Source: Octopus bimaculoides (taxonomy: Eukaryota). From it: DNA of 64,000 nt. Both the position numbers and the translations under genes were made by a program. The notes below the pieces were generated by a model. The model saw only the letters and a program-made list of their open reading frames with translations, did not search any database and had not been told where the DNA came from. Location: the NCBI RefSeq assembly GCF_001194135.2, contig NC_068999.1:47622020-47686019 (forward strand), in the 5' to 3' direction. Position 1 is the first letter of the stretch. The number at the start of each line of letters is the position of its first letter. This document shows positions 46,262 to 57,317 of the stretch, one piece after another.

Positions 46262-47050
46262 TAAGTTGGCATTACTTGGAACTGCATACATATTGCGTAA
46301 AGTACTGTCTGTCTGAGGTCCTTGTTGTGACTTGGCAAACAGTACAAACCCCCGGTAGACACAATATCTTCATTCAACAACCTCACAATATTGTATACTG
46401 TGTGACATCTATGATGATGATGATGATGATGATGATAATAATAATAATAATAACAACAATGATAATAATAATAATGATAATAATAATGATAATAATAATA
46501 ATGATAATAATAATAATGATAATAATAATAATAATAATAATGATAATAATAATACTTTCTTTTATTGGCTACAAGACAAATAGGGACGATACAATGCAAG
46601 GGACAAGTTGGGTGTTGAACAATGCTGTGTGTACAATATGTAACAAAAACATCCCTGGAAGTTTCATCTGAATCCATCCAATGGTCCTTGAGATATCTTG
46701 CTCATGGACAAACAAACAAACAAACAAACACAACTGAAAACAATACTTCTGTCTTCGCTAAGGTGGAGGTAATAACAGTATTTAGAATACACCACTCAAA
46801 ATCTGACAAAGATTGAAGGTGGTAGAGGTCTCATATGTGTAGTAAACTACTATAAAGCGTCCACCAATGGACTTACGAAACTAAAAAACATATTTAAAGA
46901 AAATTAGGAAAATTTTTTTTTTTGGTTTGGTTATTGTGAATTTGTGAAGCTGATAGCATAAAAATCCTAGCATGTGTTTTTTGTTTTCAATGTTCTGGGA
47001 AACTGAAAATATTTTCAAATGAAAATTCTTACCTGTAAAGAAAGATTCAT
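30095..47050 (-). CDS. TSNAXIP1: Translin-associated factor X-interacting protein 1-like (whole gene, 664 aa)
   Basis: complement join(47033-47050,44519-44743,43421-43555,42060-42129,40969-41257,39773-39884,39335-39396,38094-38183,37275-37440,35077-35199,33501-33659,32393-32620,30870-30973,30095-30308) = 1995 nt. GT-AG throughout with consistent phases. Motifs KPKLLRQLEFFLEKEL, FRTYKSLLSSIKNSYD, EDPVLL, DVIPKKDY and VPKLLRYEG are collinear with TSNAXIP1. Confidence 0.87.
30870..30973 (-). CDS. TSNAXIP1: TSNAXIP1 exon (SAEGEIGPFLSSIREWLRRAWKNYIENISKIIDI)
   Basis: EG...PF motif; GTAAGT donor. Confidence 0.85.
32164..32329. repeat. 24-bp minisatellite x7 with a 48-bp higher-order dimer
   Basis: GATGGTTATTTTGA(G/A)ATGA(CTGAT/TTAAA) units. 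Confidence 0.9.
32393..32620 (-). CDS. TSNAXIP1: TSNAXIP1 exon (LEESVYHCQEIF...KIHVEKLLHE)
   Basis: caacag acceptor, GTAAAT donor; ORF track 32369-32575. Confidence 0.85.
33501..33659 (-). CDS. TSNAXIP1: TSNAXIP1 exon (ESSLTEFLEAYMTKQYPDETLRIEWSYTF...)
   Basis: 53 codons, phase 0 to phase 0, W.Y motif. Confidence 0.85.
34060..34992 (-). mobile_element. Mariner transposon, 5' portion only (pseudogenised transposase)
   Basis: TIR TA|TTAGGTTGTCCCAAAAAT at 34990; WVPHEL, IVTCDEKW, FPKPKLHQQKIMVTVWW; stops and frameshifts; truncated after GPI. Confidence 0.92.
35077..35199 (-). CDS. TSNAXIP1: TSNAXIP1 exon (GLSPDVPKLLRYEGKISNRRMTQRDCVYFIKDIW...)
   Basis: P..LR..G...N....D....KD.W pattern; GTGAGT donor. 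Confidence 0.88.
36190..36643 (+). mobile_element. Helitron 3' fragment (RepHel helicase C-terminus, hairpin and CTAG end)
   Basis: TLSVAGLLLEKPCFSHGQLYVGCSRV...KTRNIVYNEVL*; hairpin CCCGG-GCAACA-CCGGG at 36616-36631; CTAG|T at 36640-36644. Confidence 0.9.
37275..37440 (-). CDS. TSNAXIP1: TSNAXIP1 exon (QHWKKCIGYITGEDVSWQEISSEAASQELLQVL...FTGK)
   Basis: W.KC...W.....S..L..VL pattern; ORF track 37002-37448. Confidence 0.87.
37783..37830. repeat. 18-bp tandem repeat x2.6
   Basis: CCAAATCTCATAAGTCA(A/G) units. Confidence 0.8.
38094..38183 (-). CDS. TSNAXIP1: TSNAXIP1 exon (ILLKMNQNLTEERNHYYQQQQKLQSITGA)
   Basis: Phase 2 to phase 2; GTATGT donor. Confidence 0.82.
38390..38790 (-). mobile_element. 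Internally deleted mariner-type element
   Basis: TA|CGAGGGGG TIR at 38390. The - strand reads as a transposase C-terminus (KMMKVLNGITSQDFQHCF..WK....CIASNGEYFEGD). Confidence 0.75.
39335..39396 (-). CDS. TSNAXIP1: TSNAXIP1 exon (EEKMNYEDLLNTYKLFESEH)
   Basis: Poly-T ccag acceptor, GTAAAT donor; phase fits. Confidence 0.82.
39773..39884 (-). CDS. TSNAXIP1: TSNAXIP1 exon (EAKLKERNASQMFATITANYCDVIPKKDYD...)
   Basis: Corresponds to ANFGDVVPRRDFE; GTAAGC donor. Confidence 0.88.
40527..40572 (+). ncRNA. Degenerate hammerhead motif in a Penelope-like terminal fragment
   Basis: GACAC-CTGAAGA-A-GGCTG..CAGCC-aAAA-C-GcT-GTGTT; G12 and U16.1 are mutated. Confidence 0.4.
40969..41257 (-). CDS. TSNAXIP1: TSNAXIP1 coiled-coil exon (LVLVEEQNLRLQKN...EDPVLLKNAV)
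   Basis: ORF track 40878-41312; heptad pattern; GTGCGT donor. Confidence 0.88.
42060..42129 (-). CDS. TSNAXIP1: TSNAXIP1 exon (QMVVTTAEKYEKKIMDVYEDKKQ)
   Basis: cttcag acceptor, GTAAGG donor; phase fits both neighbours. Confidence 0.88.
42276..42310 (+). ncRNA. Degenerate hammerhead motif in a Penelope-like terminal fragment
   Basis: GTTT-CgGAAGA-A-GAGC tat GCTC-aAAA...AAAC; core is mutated. Confidence 0.35.
42428..42905 (+). mobile_element. tRNA-derived SINE family B with a central (TA)/(TG) microsatellite
   Basis: GCTGTGTGGTAAGAAGC head, GGTTCAGTCCC B-box, ACCTTGGGCAA core, conserved 3' half. Other copies or fragments about 1495-1640, 24915-25200(-), 27900-28090, 33225-33475, 35295-35660, 36000-36140(-), 43200-43350(-), 44765-45385, 49100-49383, 59692-60552, 63770-64000(-). 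Confidence 0.85.
43421..43555 (-). CDS. TSNAXIP1: TSNAXIP1 exon (AHQEAFEYLIDNFRTYKSLLSSIKNSYD...)
   Basis: F.TYK.LLSSIKN.Y motif; GTGAGT donor. Confidence 0.92.
44519..44743 (-). CDS. TSNAXIP1: TSNAXIP1 exon (VSTKKK...KPKLLRQLEFFLEKELYLLG...SLQ)
   Basis: tttacag acceptor, GTAAAA donor, 75 codons. Confidence 0.9.
46265..46411 (+). mobile_element. R4/Dong-type LINE 3' tip between (TAA)n tracts
   Basis: LGTAYILRKVLSV* followed by a short 3'UTR and an (ATG)n(ATA)n tail. Confidence 0.7.
46411..46555. repeat. (ATG)n/(ATA)n trinucleotide microsatellite
   Basis: Read directly. It is one of many microsatellites, e.g. (CT)n 3050-3197, (TA)/(TG) 27195-27325, (TG)n 42625-42665, (ATCC)n 42965-43003. 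Confidence 0.95.
47033..47050 (-). CDS. TSNAXIP1: TSNAXIP1 first coding segment (MNLSLQ)
   Basis: ATG then CAG|GTAAGA donor, phase 0 matching the next exon. The frame is open upstream, so the true start could lie further 5'. Confidence 0.55.
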
Positions 47051-48143
47051 TTTGAAACTTGTTTCTTTTTTTCTCTCTGAACAAATCTGTTTTAAGAAAA
47101 CAAACAAAAGCCAATTTTCTTTGAAATTCATCATCATCATCATCATCAAAATCACCACCACCAGCACCCTCCCCAAAATTGCTGTTGTTGTTCTTCTTCT
47201 TTTGCTGGAGCTCTTCGAGTCTTGTATGTGCAGTGGGCTTTCTGGCTGCAGCCTACGTTATCTGTTCTTTTCAATTATCTAATATTTTCCTGATTACTCT
47301 GGCCATGCCAAGAAGGCAATAGTTTTGGGGGAAAAATTCCATGGCATATAACATCCAAACTCCAAAAGCGTCCATCTTTTTTTCTGCATTTAATTCCAAC
47401 ATAATTGTAATCAACAATACCATCTGAAAAGTATTTGTGGAAAGTTTCATTAAGAATTTTCATTTTTCTATNNNNNNNNNNCTGCATCCATAGCCGAACA
47501 GAATGAGACAGTGAAATTAATTAGTGAATTACTCTTTTCAATGTTTGGTATTTTAAGACGAAGCTGGACGCCCCCTCTGACACGGAATTTTGGGATTGTA
47601 TTAGCCTGAAATGTCGGGTGTTGCTAATGAAAGTGCTTTGCTATTCCAGGGTCTCAACGTCGTCATCATTCGCCGTAATGACTTGTTTTGGTTTTGAGTT
47701 GTAACAAGAATTCTATAAGGGAAAAACTACCCATATTTTCTGGTGCGATGTAAATAATTAAACGAATGTGCATGTCACTTTATTTTACTAATTTACTTTC
47801 TCTGTTCTTTAGCTGTTTACTTTTGTAAATTGTCCGCATTTTCGGTAAATAAACAACTATGTCAGTAGGTAGATAGAAATTTCAGCCCATAATCACAGAG
47901 CGAACTTACCTGTGACACACACACACACACACACGAGATAGATAAATAGATAAATAGACAGAAGTTGGTTTTCCTTTTTTTTGTTATTATGTCGGTACAT
48001 ACAGCGTCATTATAGAACATAAAAAAATATATTGTATGTTAAATAGCAATAAACGAACTTACATTTTATTAAATGTCCATCGTTTATAGATATTTCTAAT
48101 AAAGGTGTTATGAAATTAAGTTGGTGTCTGAACGGCGTAACAT

Positions 48144-48157
48144 GTTGTCATAACAAC
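48144..48157. promoter_or_regulatory. RFX X-box in the TSNAXIP1 promoter (adjacent ETS-like TTTCCGGT)
   Basis: GTTGTCATAACAAC fits the X-box consensus RTHNYYWTRRNRAC. It lies upstream of a probable non-coding exon with CAG|GTAAGT donor at 47909, in a CpG-enriched patch. Confidence 0.65.
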
Positions 48158-49099
48158 TACGGTTTCCGGTTTGGTGGGACGTTTTGTTTTGTTTTGTTTT
48201 TAATCACAATATGAATTTATTGTCACAGCATACTTAATTACATAAATATTCCACATTAAAACGGGAGAAAATTTGATCACGAGCGAAGAAAGGAAAAAAG
48301 AAAAGAAGGAAACATCAGCTGAACACGAAAAGCATTATTCGGTCGCACACCACAAGAGTCAACGGAATTTATTGAAGCAAGCTAACACGCTCGCGGTATT
48401 ATCGCGGGCGATGGCGTGTCTAAGGCATTAGAATAGCAAAGCACTTTCACGGGCATTACTTGACACCTTGGTAAGGTGAACCACTAACGATGACTAGAAC
48501 TTCGCTGACAGCGGCCCATCTTCTCAAAACATCTCAAACGCTGCAGGCTGGAAGAAATGGCTCACCGACAAGTCCCGATACTTTAGGATTTTGTTCCAGT
48601 CGGTTATGGAAGCAGTGGCCCTCCCATTCCTACAGCAGTCACTGACTGTGGAATCCTAGATGAGGCACCTATCTCTAACTTAGGGACAAAGGGTGAGACC
48701 TTCAGGTCTCTTTCCATTTCTTCTGGATAGAACTGAAGGGATATTTACCCACTTAATTATCAGGTTTAGTTCAGTGTGACGAGTGAAACGACCAGCATTT
48801 AGGTGGTATGACAAACCATGAAGATCCAGAAGGAATAAAATGGTGTAAAACAATGCAATCTTCTCATCAGGGAAAGAAAGAAACCAAACACATCAATAAA
48901 TCATTTTAACAGAATGTGATGACTGCATATATGATGAAGGGAACACTATCAAGTTGTTTTTTAAAAAATTGTTAGTAGATACAAGGTCAAAGGTAGTTTA
49001 TAGAAAGAGAAGGAGGAGAAAGAAATAAATTAGCAGAAAACTAATAGTGGAGAGATATAGAGTGATAGGTGAATTAGAATAAAGCTTAAAGGCATGCAC

Positions 49100-49383
49100 A
49101 TGGTTCCGGGTTCAGTCCCACTGCGTGGCACCTTGGGCAAGTGTCTTCTATTATAGTTCCAGGCTGACCAAGTGGGTGGATTTGATAGACAGAAACTGAA
49201 AGAAGCCCGTCGTATATATGTATATGTATATATATGTGTGTGTTTGTGCGTCTGTGTTTGTCCCCCCAACATCGCTTGACAACCGATGCTGGTGTGTTTA
49301 CGTCCCTGTAATTTAACGGTTCGGCAAAAGAGACTGATAGAATAAGTACTAGGCTTACAAAGAATAAGTCCTGGGCTCGATTT
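49100..49383 (+). mobile_element. SINE family B copy, low divergence, running into the gap
   Basis: Collinear with 42428-42905 and retains CpGs. Confidence 0.85.
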
Positions 49384-49667
49384 NNNNNNNNNNNNNNNNN
49401 NNNNNNNNNNNNNNNNNNNNNNNNNNNNNNNNNNNNNNNNNNNNNNNNNNNNNNNNNNNNNNNNNNNNNNNNNNNNNNNNNNNNNNNNNNNNNNNNNNNN
49501 NNNNNNNNNNNNNNNNNNNNNNNNNNNNNNNNNNNNNNNNNNNNNNNNNNNNNNNNNNNNNNNNNNNNNNNNNNNNNNNNNNNNNNNNNNNNNNNNNNNN
49601 NNNNNNNNNNNNNNNNNNNNNNNNNNNNNTATATATATATATATATATATATTTACACACACACACA

Positions 49668-49697
49668 CTAGCAATGTATCCTGGCGTTGCCAGGGTG
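49668..49697 (-). mobile_element. Helitron 3' terminus (non-autonomous)
   Basis: The - strand reads CCTGGCAACGCCAGG hairpin then ATACATTG CTAG|T, the same end structure as 36616-36643. Confidence 0.7.
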
Positions 49698-50734
49698 TTA
49701 TGACCTACAACCACATTGTATTATTTGTTCCTTTGTTATGGGCAGAATCGGCACAGCTGATATATAGTGAACTGGATTACTGGTGTAATGCAAGTCATTG
49801 TCTGTTTAAAAGGGAAATGGGGAAGGTGCAATTTGCATGGGTTTGCATGAAAGTGCTTTCTGTTCATAAGGAGGATCACAAACTAAGTATTATTTCATGT
49901 ATGTGTAGAATTGTACTGAAATAGCAGATGTTAAAAAATACTAGATTACCACCAGAAAACCCAGCATGCTAGAAACAACAGGTAAACAACATTATTTAAG
50001 TCAGATGTACACCAACTTCATTGAGACTAAGACTTTTGGATAATCATTGTAGACCTGATATTAATATCAGATAAATAACTGAAAATAATAATGACTTGTT
50101 AGTTAACAAGAAATATAAACAGTTGGCCACATTAACGAGGTTTTTTTTTCGTGTTAATGTCAAAGGTAAGATATTACAAAAATGGTTTTTGTCAATGATG
50201 AAAATAACAATAAACAAAGTCGTACATAATCAGTTCAGTAGTTTATTACACTGTCAGAAATGTTTTACAAAATGTAACTTTGATCCCATATATACATATT
50301 GAATAATACAGACTTTAAACAGCATCGTTAAAAAATTTATTTTGTACATATAAAGTAAAAATACCGGTCATCTCATATGTATCAAAAGATAGTTTGAATG
50401 AACAATATATATATATATAAAAAAAAAGAAATAAAAAAAAATGATGTGGCATAATTTGGAGAAGGCTCACATGATCTTGTATCTCATATTGTCTGAAAAG
50501 GCAAGGCTTGGATTAACATTTCATTAAAACTAATATAAGAAACCCGATCATTCACGCATGACTATATTAATATTTCTGATTTGATTAAACAAAGAATGTA
50601 ATCCTAATGAAGGTAGTCAAGATAGATGTCTCTAGCTGCAGCTTAACTCAGCAGAATCTATTTTCACTCGACTAAGATCAATTCCTTATTTGAAATGAAG
50701 ACTCTTCTTGATTTTATGTGTTTACTGCAATTTA

Positions 50735-50810
50735 TAACAATCTCTAGGCTGAGAGCAAATTCAACACACACACTGGCAAGGCTGCAGCCATGCTATCCAG
50801 AGTTAAAAAA
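50735..50810 (+). mobile_element. Possible old RTE LINE reverse transcriptase fragment
   Basis: NNL*AESKFNTHTGKAAAMLSRV resembles the RTE NLSLDAEINTRIGKAAA motif. Confidence 0.35.
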
Positions 50811-51855
50811 TAGATATAATCAAGGACCTGATCCCTAGGGAACAGGGCCAAACTTTCTCCATTGGAGGACCAAGTAAGAATGATATTCCAGCCATGTACA
50901 AACTCATCAAACAAAGATGAGCTTTACATTGGCTTCAACTTGTTTCCTGAATGTAGAATGGCATAGTTGTGTTACAAAATATTTACTCTCTGGAGAACTG
51001 GAGAAAGAAAGAAAACAAGAAAGAAAGAAAGAAAGAAAGAAAGAAAAGGAGGAAAAAATACCCCAAAACAAGAGAAGCTATGTTTCAAATGTTTCTGAAA
51101 GCATGGTCTTCATGCACTTGCAATCAATATTGTCACTAGGGAAACAGTTCCTTCAGACAGAAATATCTGGAAATGCAGGATGTAGACAGAACTTCCTCAC
51201 TTGAAGAAGTTCAATGCAACATAGACCAAGGGACTCCTGAGGAAAAAAATAGTCTGCACCTTAAAATTAGCCACACCATTCGTTTTGGCATACAGTGTGG
51301 AAGGTGAGGGTTTCTTCACATTGTATTATTATTATTATAATTTTTTGTTTTTGCTGGAGCAAATGTCGTTCCAGTAGTGCTACTTCACAAGCATTCCACC
51401 ACATGATACTACACAGAATTAACTTCAACATAACACACAATGGATAGAGATATTAATAAATTAAACTCATTTCTCTCTCTCTCTCTCTCGCTCATTGGAC
51501 AGTCTGATGAAGACTAAGCAGGCTGACATCTTGAAATCACTGCCGACACTTTTCGTGTTAAAGAATATNNNNNNNNNNNNNNNNNNNNNNNNNNNNNNNN
51601 NNNNNNNNNNNNNNNNNNNNNNNNNNNNNNNNNNNNNNNNNNNNNNNNNNNNNNNNNNNNNNNNNNNNNNNNNNNNNNNNNNNNNNNNNNNNNNNNNNNN
51701 NNNNNNNNNNNNNNNNNNNNNNNNNNNNNNNNNNNNNNNNNNNNNNNNNNNNNNNNNNNNNNNNNNNNNNNNNNNNNNNNNNNNNNNNNNNNNNNNNNNN
51801 NNATATATATATATATATACATAAATATATACATAATATATATATATATATATAC

Positions 51856-51903
<48 letters not shown>

Positions 51904-52284
51904 TATATATATATTTATGTATACATGTATATACACATACATACATGCATACTCTCATACATATAGAGAGGAAGAGAGATTCAGAAATTTTTACAACAAT
52001 TTTTTTTTTTTAAATATAAATTAAAATTATATAACAACAAACAGTAGGGTTAATATCCCATATTCACATGTAAGTCAGACTTTTTTTAAAATTGTTTTTT
52101 AGATTACTCCAACAACCTTATTTTTCGTAAATTCTTTTTGTGAATTTAATAGAATTTGAAGGACATTCTTTCAGTGTAGCTGTTTGTAGGTTGGACTGAA
52201 GAAGTGTTGCTAGCTAAGATGTACATTGTCTGTATGGTTGTGAATGATGTAATAAAGTCATTAACTCAGCAGTGAATGGAGATT

Positions 52285-52515
52285 GAGATCTCTAATATTG
52301 GTTTCACATTTCGGCACAAGGCCAGCAATTTCGGAGGGTCAGGGAAATAAGACGATTACATCGACCCCAGTGCTCAACTAGTACTTATTTTATCAATTCC
52401 AAAAGGATGAAAGGCTAAGTCAACCTCGGCAGAATTTGAACTCAGAATGTAAAGACAGATGAAATGCTGATAAGCATTTTGCCTGGCTTGGTAACAATTC
52501 TGCCAGCTCATTGCC

Positions 52516-52552
<37 letters not shown>

Positions 52553-52770
52553 TTTCAAATTTTGGCACAAGGCCAGCAAGTTCAGGGGAAGGGAAATAGT
52601 CGGTTACATTAACTCCAGTGCTCAACTAGAACTTTTCTTGCAGACCCCCTAAAGGATGACAGGCAAAGTCGACCTCAGCGGAATTTGAACTCAGAACGTA
52701 AAGACAGACGAAATGCCACTAAGCATTTTGCCTGATGTGCTAATGTTTCTGCCAGTTCGCTGCTTTAAGA
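52285..52770 (-). mobile_element. Two tandem SINE family A copies separated by (AAT)n
   Basis: Reverse complement matches family A twice. Confidence 0.82.
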
Positions 52771-53927
52771 ATAGTAATAACAATAATGAAACCACACAGG
52801 TGTCAACAGAGTTGTATAAGAAGTAAAACAGGAATATATATTAAACTAATAATAACAAATATGACTACAATATTTGATAGATATCTTACAGGTAACACCA
52901 CACTGTTTCATGCACACACCCATGCATATATATTATATATTCACCTGATAGTGCGACAACCATAGTTGTAACTGTCACAAATATATGCCAGCTTTCACCA
53001 ACCATACACAATAATTCCATAATACATACATATATATACATACATATATACATACATATATACATACATACATATATACATACATACATGTATGTATGTA
53101 TGTATATTGGCCTGCTCGTCTAACTAGCAGGATGGCATCATTCGAAAGTTAAAACAATGCGAAGCGCATTCTGGTTAGCGATGTACAGTAACATCCAATA
53201 GTCTGGTTGATACTGTGATACTGTAGTATATATATGTATATATACACACATACATACAGCAATCAATTAAAAACAAACAAACAAACAACAAAAAAATGTA
53301 TTATTAAAAAAAATGAAATCCCTGACAGTAAAAACCAGGGAGGTGCTGGGGGAACATATTTTCTTATTATTGCTGGAAAGTTCTATGTATTTATTATTTT
53401 TGTTGTTTTGTTTCACACAGATTTTGTAATTTACTAAAAATACTTCGTTTTAAGAAATACAATGTTTAGAAAATTGAGAAAATATAAACCAAAAAAATAA
53501 TTGAAAATTTCATTTTTACTCTTTTTTNNNNNNNNNNNNNNNNNNNNNNNNNNNNNNNNNNNNNNNNNNNNNNNNNNNNNNNNNNNNNNNNNNNNNNNNN
53601 NNNNNNNNNNNNNNNNNNNNNNNNNNNNNNNNNNNNNNNNNNNNNNNNNNNNNNNNNNNNNNNNNNNNNNNNNNNNNNNNNNNNNNNNNNNNNNNNNNNN
53701 NNNNNNNNNNNNNNNNNNNNNNNNNNNNNNNNNNNNNNNNNNNNNNNNNNNNNNNNNNNNNNNNNNNNNNNNNNNNNNNNNNNNNNNNNNNNNNNNNNNN
53801 NNNNNNNNNNNNNNNNNNNNNNNNNNNNNNNNNNNNNNNNNNNNNNNNNNNNNNNNNNNNNNNNNNNNNNNNNNNNNNNNNNNNNNNNNNNNNNNNNNNN
53901 NNNNNNNNNNNNNNNNNNNNNNNGAAA

Positions 53928-54156
53928 TTAACCCTTTAGCATTTAAACCAGCCATAACAGACCCAAATATTCTACCCTGTTTTATGATCAAACTGGCCAG
54001 ATTCAGCCTCACACATCTACCCTACAATGTCATTCTAAAAATAAACGATCACTTTATCAAAATTTCAAAGCTATATGATCCTGCATGATTAATTCAAAAC
54101 AATGTGAATCGATAAGCATTACATTCGACAGAGTAATTTGTATGCTAAAGAGTTAA
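53928..54156. mobile_element. TTAA/piggyBac-type MITE family D
   Basis: TTAACCCTTTAGCATTTAAAC ... ATGCTAAAGAGTTAA. Confidence 0.82.
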
Positions 54157-56138
54157 AACTGATGAGAGCAGATTGGCAAGTCAGGTTACCCCTCTCTCTC
54201 TCTCTCCTTAAAAAAAAAAAAATTGTTTATTCAACTGTAAAGCTTCATCCCTCAAACAGCACAAAAGTAATATGAAATGGAATGATTATTTAAAGCTTTT
54301 AGTGGTAGCTTGTCCTGTAATAAAGCTTTGAGTGGGAGGGGGGGCAATGCAATTCCAGCCCTGATAATAATTCTTCAAAACTGTATTTTAATAAGTAATA
54401 ATTTTTGATAACCACACTATGTAGCCTCATATCAAAGTAAAATAATTCTCGAATATCTAGATCCAAGTTAGCATATAAATAGCAAATACTTCTATGAAGA
54501 TTGATGGCAGTGGATATTTAAAAAAAAATCGTTTTTTTAAAATCATAAAAACAATAGTTGTACAAATTATATATTTAAAAAATTTAAAGTCCCTAGTAGT
54601 AGCAACTAGGAAGAATGCCTCTGTTTTAGTAATATATCTTGTCTCACAATATATACTAACATATCTTGCTTGAATATATATATATATATATAGCTTGTCT
54701 CAATACAACCTCAATGACAAACATTCCAGTTATTTTGGCACTGACCTTGACCCAGAAGTTTTCAAATTGTGCACCGCAGAAGGGTGTGCGTATGTGTGCC
54801 TAGGTGAACCATGGATTTGTAAAAAATATAAATTTAAGACTTTAGAAAACCCATATTAATACTTGAGTGTCTTGGAAAAACATATATTTCATAATTTCAT
54901 AATTTTGTTTGATTAAGAAAACGCAGCAAATGAATGTCTACTATACTTTTGTTATGTTCTGGTTTTAACCAAGAATTTGTATTCATTTAAACACTAATGT
55001 GCCAGTAATTGTTTAATATTCAATCTTCTATGCACCACAAAGTCAAAAAGATTGACCAATTAACTTCAGTAAAGATTATATGATTCAATAAAAAAGCAAA
55101 CGGTAAAAGCTTCAAACTAGATAAAAGAGACTGTCAGCATTTTAAAATAGATTTATATTGTAGTATATTTATATTGTATATTTATATTGTATATTTATAT
55201 TATTATATAATATTTAAATTGTAATTATACTATATTTATATAATTCTGTATGTAAATATTATATCTATATTGTATAAAATGCATATTGCATTTATACTGT
55301 ATTTATCATGGACTATATTAATGCTGTACAATATTTATATTGTATTTATACTATGTTTATATTCTACTATATATTATTATATCTATATTGTATAATACTT
55401 ATATTGTACTATATTTATATTAAATTGTATTTATATTATATTGTATTTGATGTTGGGAGAGCAATTCACCCAACAAACAGTCAACTAGAAAAATAAAAGT
55501 GTATATACTGATATATGATAATTTATGTACTGATATATATATATATATATACACACACACAATGTATGTATACCGATATATAAAAAATGTATATTCTGAT
55601 ATATAATTATATGTATATACCGATATAAACACTTAAAATGATGATAACGTATTTTTTTCAAGAATATAACAAGAATGATTTCCAGCCCACTATTTCCTTG
55701 CTACTTATGTTGACTCCAACAGGATTTGAACCAAGGCCAACAGCATAATGGTTACTATATGACATTTTATCTAGTGCTCCACGGATTCTGCTTTCTATCA
55801 CCTAACACTATAAATTTCTAATATTGCTACACAGTCACAAATTAGATTTACCCCTGTATTTTACTGGTATTTATTTTATTAATCCCAGAGTGATGACCAG
55901 CCAAGCTGTCCCTGGTAGTATTTGAACTCACTATGTAACAATGTATAACTAAATAACACAACACAGCATTTATCACCTCAGCCAGTCTTCATGATGCTGC
56001 TGATGATAAAAAAATAATAATAATGATAATAATAATAATAATGGTTTTAAATTTCAGATACTTCAGGTCTCTAAGAAAACTATATGTTTAACTTTGCGAA
56101 ATGTTGAATTCAGTTTCATTTTTTTGTCTTAGGTTAAT

Positions 56139-56183
56139 CCATGCTGATGAGTCCAAAGAAAGATGAAATGGTGCTATACATGG
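56139..56183 (+). ncRNA. Type I hammerhead ribozyme fold with intact catalytic core
   Basis: CCATG-CTGATGA-GTC caaagaaa GAT-GAAA-TGG tg CTA-TA-CATGG. Confidence 0.6.
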
Positions 56184-57256
56184 CGACCAACAAATAAAAG
56201 CTTTAAGAACTTTATTATGTGCAGAAAAAAAAAAAAAATGTGTACACTGTATACACCTTCTTTACTTTTTTATATAAATTCCAAACTTTTAAATCCACCT
56301 TAATTGAATTGAATCAAAAAGAGATTGTCTCCCCAGTAATAGTTAACCTGAAGCACACCACATATATCTATCTATGTTTAAACAAAGAAAAAAATGTGTA
56401 AACAAAAATATAATCGAAAATTTAGGTGAGTTTTTAGCTCATACAGGCTTCATCTTTCTTCACCATTTTCATTTACACACAAGGTTTCAGTGCTTAACTT
56501 AATCTTCTGTGCCTACATCATCCCCTTGTTATTCTCTCATTTCCTTTCTTATAACAGATGAAAGAAATAGTGAACAAGTCAATAATCCTTTCAAAGCAGT
56601 CCAAGCGCTAATTGCTAATGATATTGAATTTTGCTTGTGCTCACCTATAATGTGTACATTATACATGAAGAAGCTAAAAACATTGAAGACGAATGTGAAC
56701 GAAATTACTTAGCAATTAGCTTCACTTTGATTGGATCCTCAGAAAGAGAAAAACATTGTTTTATACTAAATTGTGAAGAATGGGCTTGAAACAAAAAAAA
56801 AAACACTACACAACTTGCTCATTGCAATGACTAAATTACCATACAGAAAGATGACATTTTTCAACCAAGCAGACTGAGTAATTGCTAATAGCTTTAAAAG
56901 ACCAATAGAAAGTAACCAGAAATATGCAAAGAGGAAAAAACTTTAGACTGTGATTAACATTATTTTCATTTTCCAGGAAGTAAGGGAGACAACTGTAGAC
57001 ATATTTTTGGGGTTTTAATCTGATTTCTTCAACGAAGTACAGACTTCCTTATATTTTCTAAATTAGAATTTTGTAGCAAAAAAATCAAAAAAATAGGTTA
57101 GAAACATCTTGTTTTGAATAATTTGGCTAAAATACAAAGTTAGCTATATTCTTTGTAATAAAGAAAGAAAAAACAAATTAGAAAAGACTATGAAATATAC
57201 CTTACCATTTAGTACTCTTGGTATATGTGTGTATACATATATATATAAATACGTAG

Positions 57257-57317
<61 letters not shown>

